Shown piece after piece: positions 63,061 through 64,000 of a stretch of 64,000 nt of DNA (positions within the stretch are counted from its first letter, which is position 1; each line of letters opens with the position of its first letter). Origin of the DNA: an uncultured Clostridia bacterium (GTDB taxonomy: Bacteria; Bacillota; Clostridia; TANB77; CAG-508); contig CAKOTZ010000002.1 of NCBI GenBank assembly GCA_934120395.1, positions 33,645-97,644 on the forward strand. Reading direction: 5' to 3'. Position numbers and translations under genes: made by a program. The notes below the pieces were generated by a model, which saw only the letters and a list, made by a program, of their open reading frames with translations, was not told the DNA's origin and did not search any database.

Positions 63061-64000
63061 TTATTGTGCTGCTTCAACTAAAGTTACATCACCAGACATA
63101 ACAACAGTTGCAGTTTTTTCACTATCTACAGAGTATGTTACAGAACCTTGAACGTTTGTTAAAGTAACTTTATTTGTTGCATCAAGTTTTAAATCTTGGC
63201 TATTGTCAACAACTAAGTTTGTTTCAGCAATTTCATCGTCTTCATTTGTCTTGAATTCTATTGTAGCAATACCACTAACTTTAACATTTTTGCTTGCTGT
63301 ATAGTTAACTGTAACAACACCAGATGTAGGTTTGATTGTTAATGTCATATCATCATATTTGATTGTTTTTTCTTTATTTGTCTTTATAATTCCTGTTGGA
63401 TCAACTTTAATTGTTGAATATGCAACATCTGAAATATTAACATTACCCTTTACAACATCTAATTCAGCTAATGGGTTTGTAGCTAATATTGTAATTACTT
63501 TGTCTGCATCATTTTCAGTTAATGAAACTTTTCCAGATTGAATACCTGTAAAGTTAATTGTTGCATCATCATCAGCAACTATAGCAACATCTTTTTCACT
63601 TCCAGCTATTTCTAAGCCAGTAGCTGTAGCTGTTATTTTTGTATCACCTGCTAATGTAACTTTAATTCCATTGATTGTAACTGTTCCTGTAACTGCTGAT
63701 ACAACTGTTCCAGCTTTTACATTAACTTCATCACTAGCTTTAACAGTTACTTTTTCAGTTACTGTAGCATAAGATAAGTCAGCTTTTGTAGTTGTAGCCA
63801 ATGAAACAGATTTTATTGTTCCAGATATTGTAACAGCTGAAGAAGAGTCAAGAACTAAATCAACATCCTTTAATGTTGTTCCGTAGCTTGAGTTTCCACC
63901 TGTTGTTTTTTCTACTGTAATTTGACCTTTAGCATCTTCTTTAATTGTATCTCCAACGCTTAATACTTTTAATACATTTAATATAGCTGAATAGTTAGCT
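63061..64000 (-). CDS. Beta-repeat surface protein, C-terminal part (ORF open to the window end)
   Basis: Minus-strand frame stays open past 63801 to 64000. Repeats resemble the C-terminal region of the 59428 protein (…TVTLK…DATNKVTLT…). Confidence 0.6.
   Translation of the reverse strand, partial: ANYSAILNVLKVLSVGDTIKEDAKGQITVEKTTGGNSSYGTTLKDVDLVLDSSSAVTISGTIKSVSLATTTKADLSYATVTEKVTVKASDEVNVKAGTVVSAVTGTVTINGIKVTLAGDTKITATATGLEIAGSEKDVAIVADDDATINFTGIQSGKVSLTENDADKVITILATNPLAELDVVKGNVNISDVAYSTIKVDPTGIIKTNKEKTIKYDDMTLTIKPTSGVVTVNYTASKNVKVSGIATIEFKTNEDDEIAETNLVVDNSQDLKLDATNKVTLTNVQGSVTYSVDSEKTATVVMSGDVTLVEAAQ

Overview
Low-GC (~28%) Firmicutes/Clostridia-type chromosomal segment from an endospore former. 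It is densely coding, and most genes lie on the minus strand. I read products directly from the translated ORFs.

Housekeeping genes, minus strand unless marked:
- recJ (partial, at the window start)
- a YlbF-like regulator
- a GT4 / DUF4912 / GH57 alpha-glucan cluster
- a rhodanese-domain protein
- the hrcA-grpE-dnaK-dnaJ operon with a CIRCE operator
- recN
- a UPF0182 membrane protein
- ftsY
- tRNA-Thr(CGU), plus strand
- the ylxM-ffh-rpsP-KH-rimM-trmD-rplS operon; trmD carries an apparent +1 frameshift near its 3' end
- an RluA-family pseudouridine synthase (plus strand)
- an acyl-CoA ligase
- ftsH
- a femAB-alr-membrane protein group
- cysS
- PBP1A with a C-terminal NTT repeat
- dprA, hemW, whiA, prmC
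- a PflX-like radical SAM protein
- guaD (plus strand)
- pro-sigma-K
- a Phd/RelE toxin-antitoxin pair (plus strand)
- a MATE transporter fused to a cytidylate-kinase-like domain
- a LOG-family protein
- metG
- an alpha/beta SASP (plus strand)
- two convergent giant Ig-repeat surface proteins, one with an N-proximal type I dockerin module

The most unusual locus spans 7.6-16.2 kb. It holds a tandem array of four paralogous pilin-like surface proteins, preceded by a divergent SecD/SecF-like pair and an HD-domain protein.
- All four share a class-III-signal-like N-terminus, MNLKSNKAITLVALIITIIVLLILAG.
- They alternate long and short forms. The long forms (413 and 440 aa) carry a C-terminal FGE-sulfatase/SUMF1-like domain. 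The short forms (301 and 313 aa) carry an Ig-like domain.
- Each copy sits in a near-identical duplicated module: a conserved GC-rich 3' flank, a terminator hairpin, a sigma-A promoter and a ~105-nt leader.
- Identity between paralogs is mosaic: near-identical N-terminal halves, diverged C-terminal halves.

A third FGE-domain paralog (28797..29744) is GC-rich and has no membrane anchor. It lies in a two-gene islet next to tRNA-Thr.

The 440-nt gap upstream of prmC holds a candidate ~255-nt GC-rich sRNA (50311..50567, minus strand) with its own promoter and terminator.

No CRISPR array, rRNA or recognisable mobile-element genes were seen.
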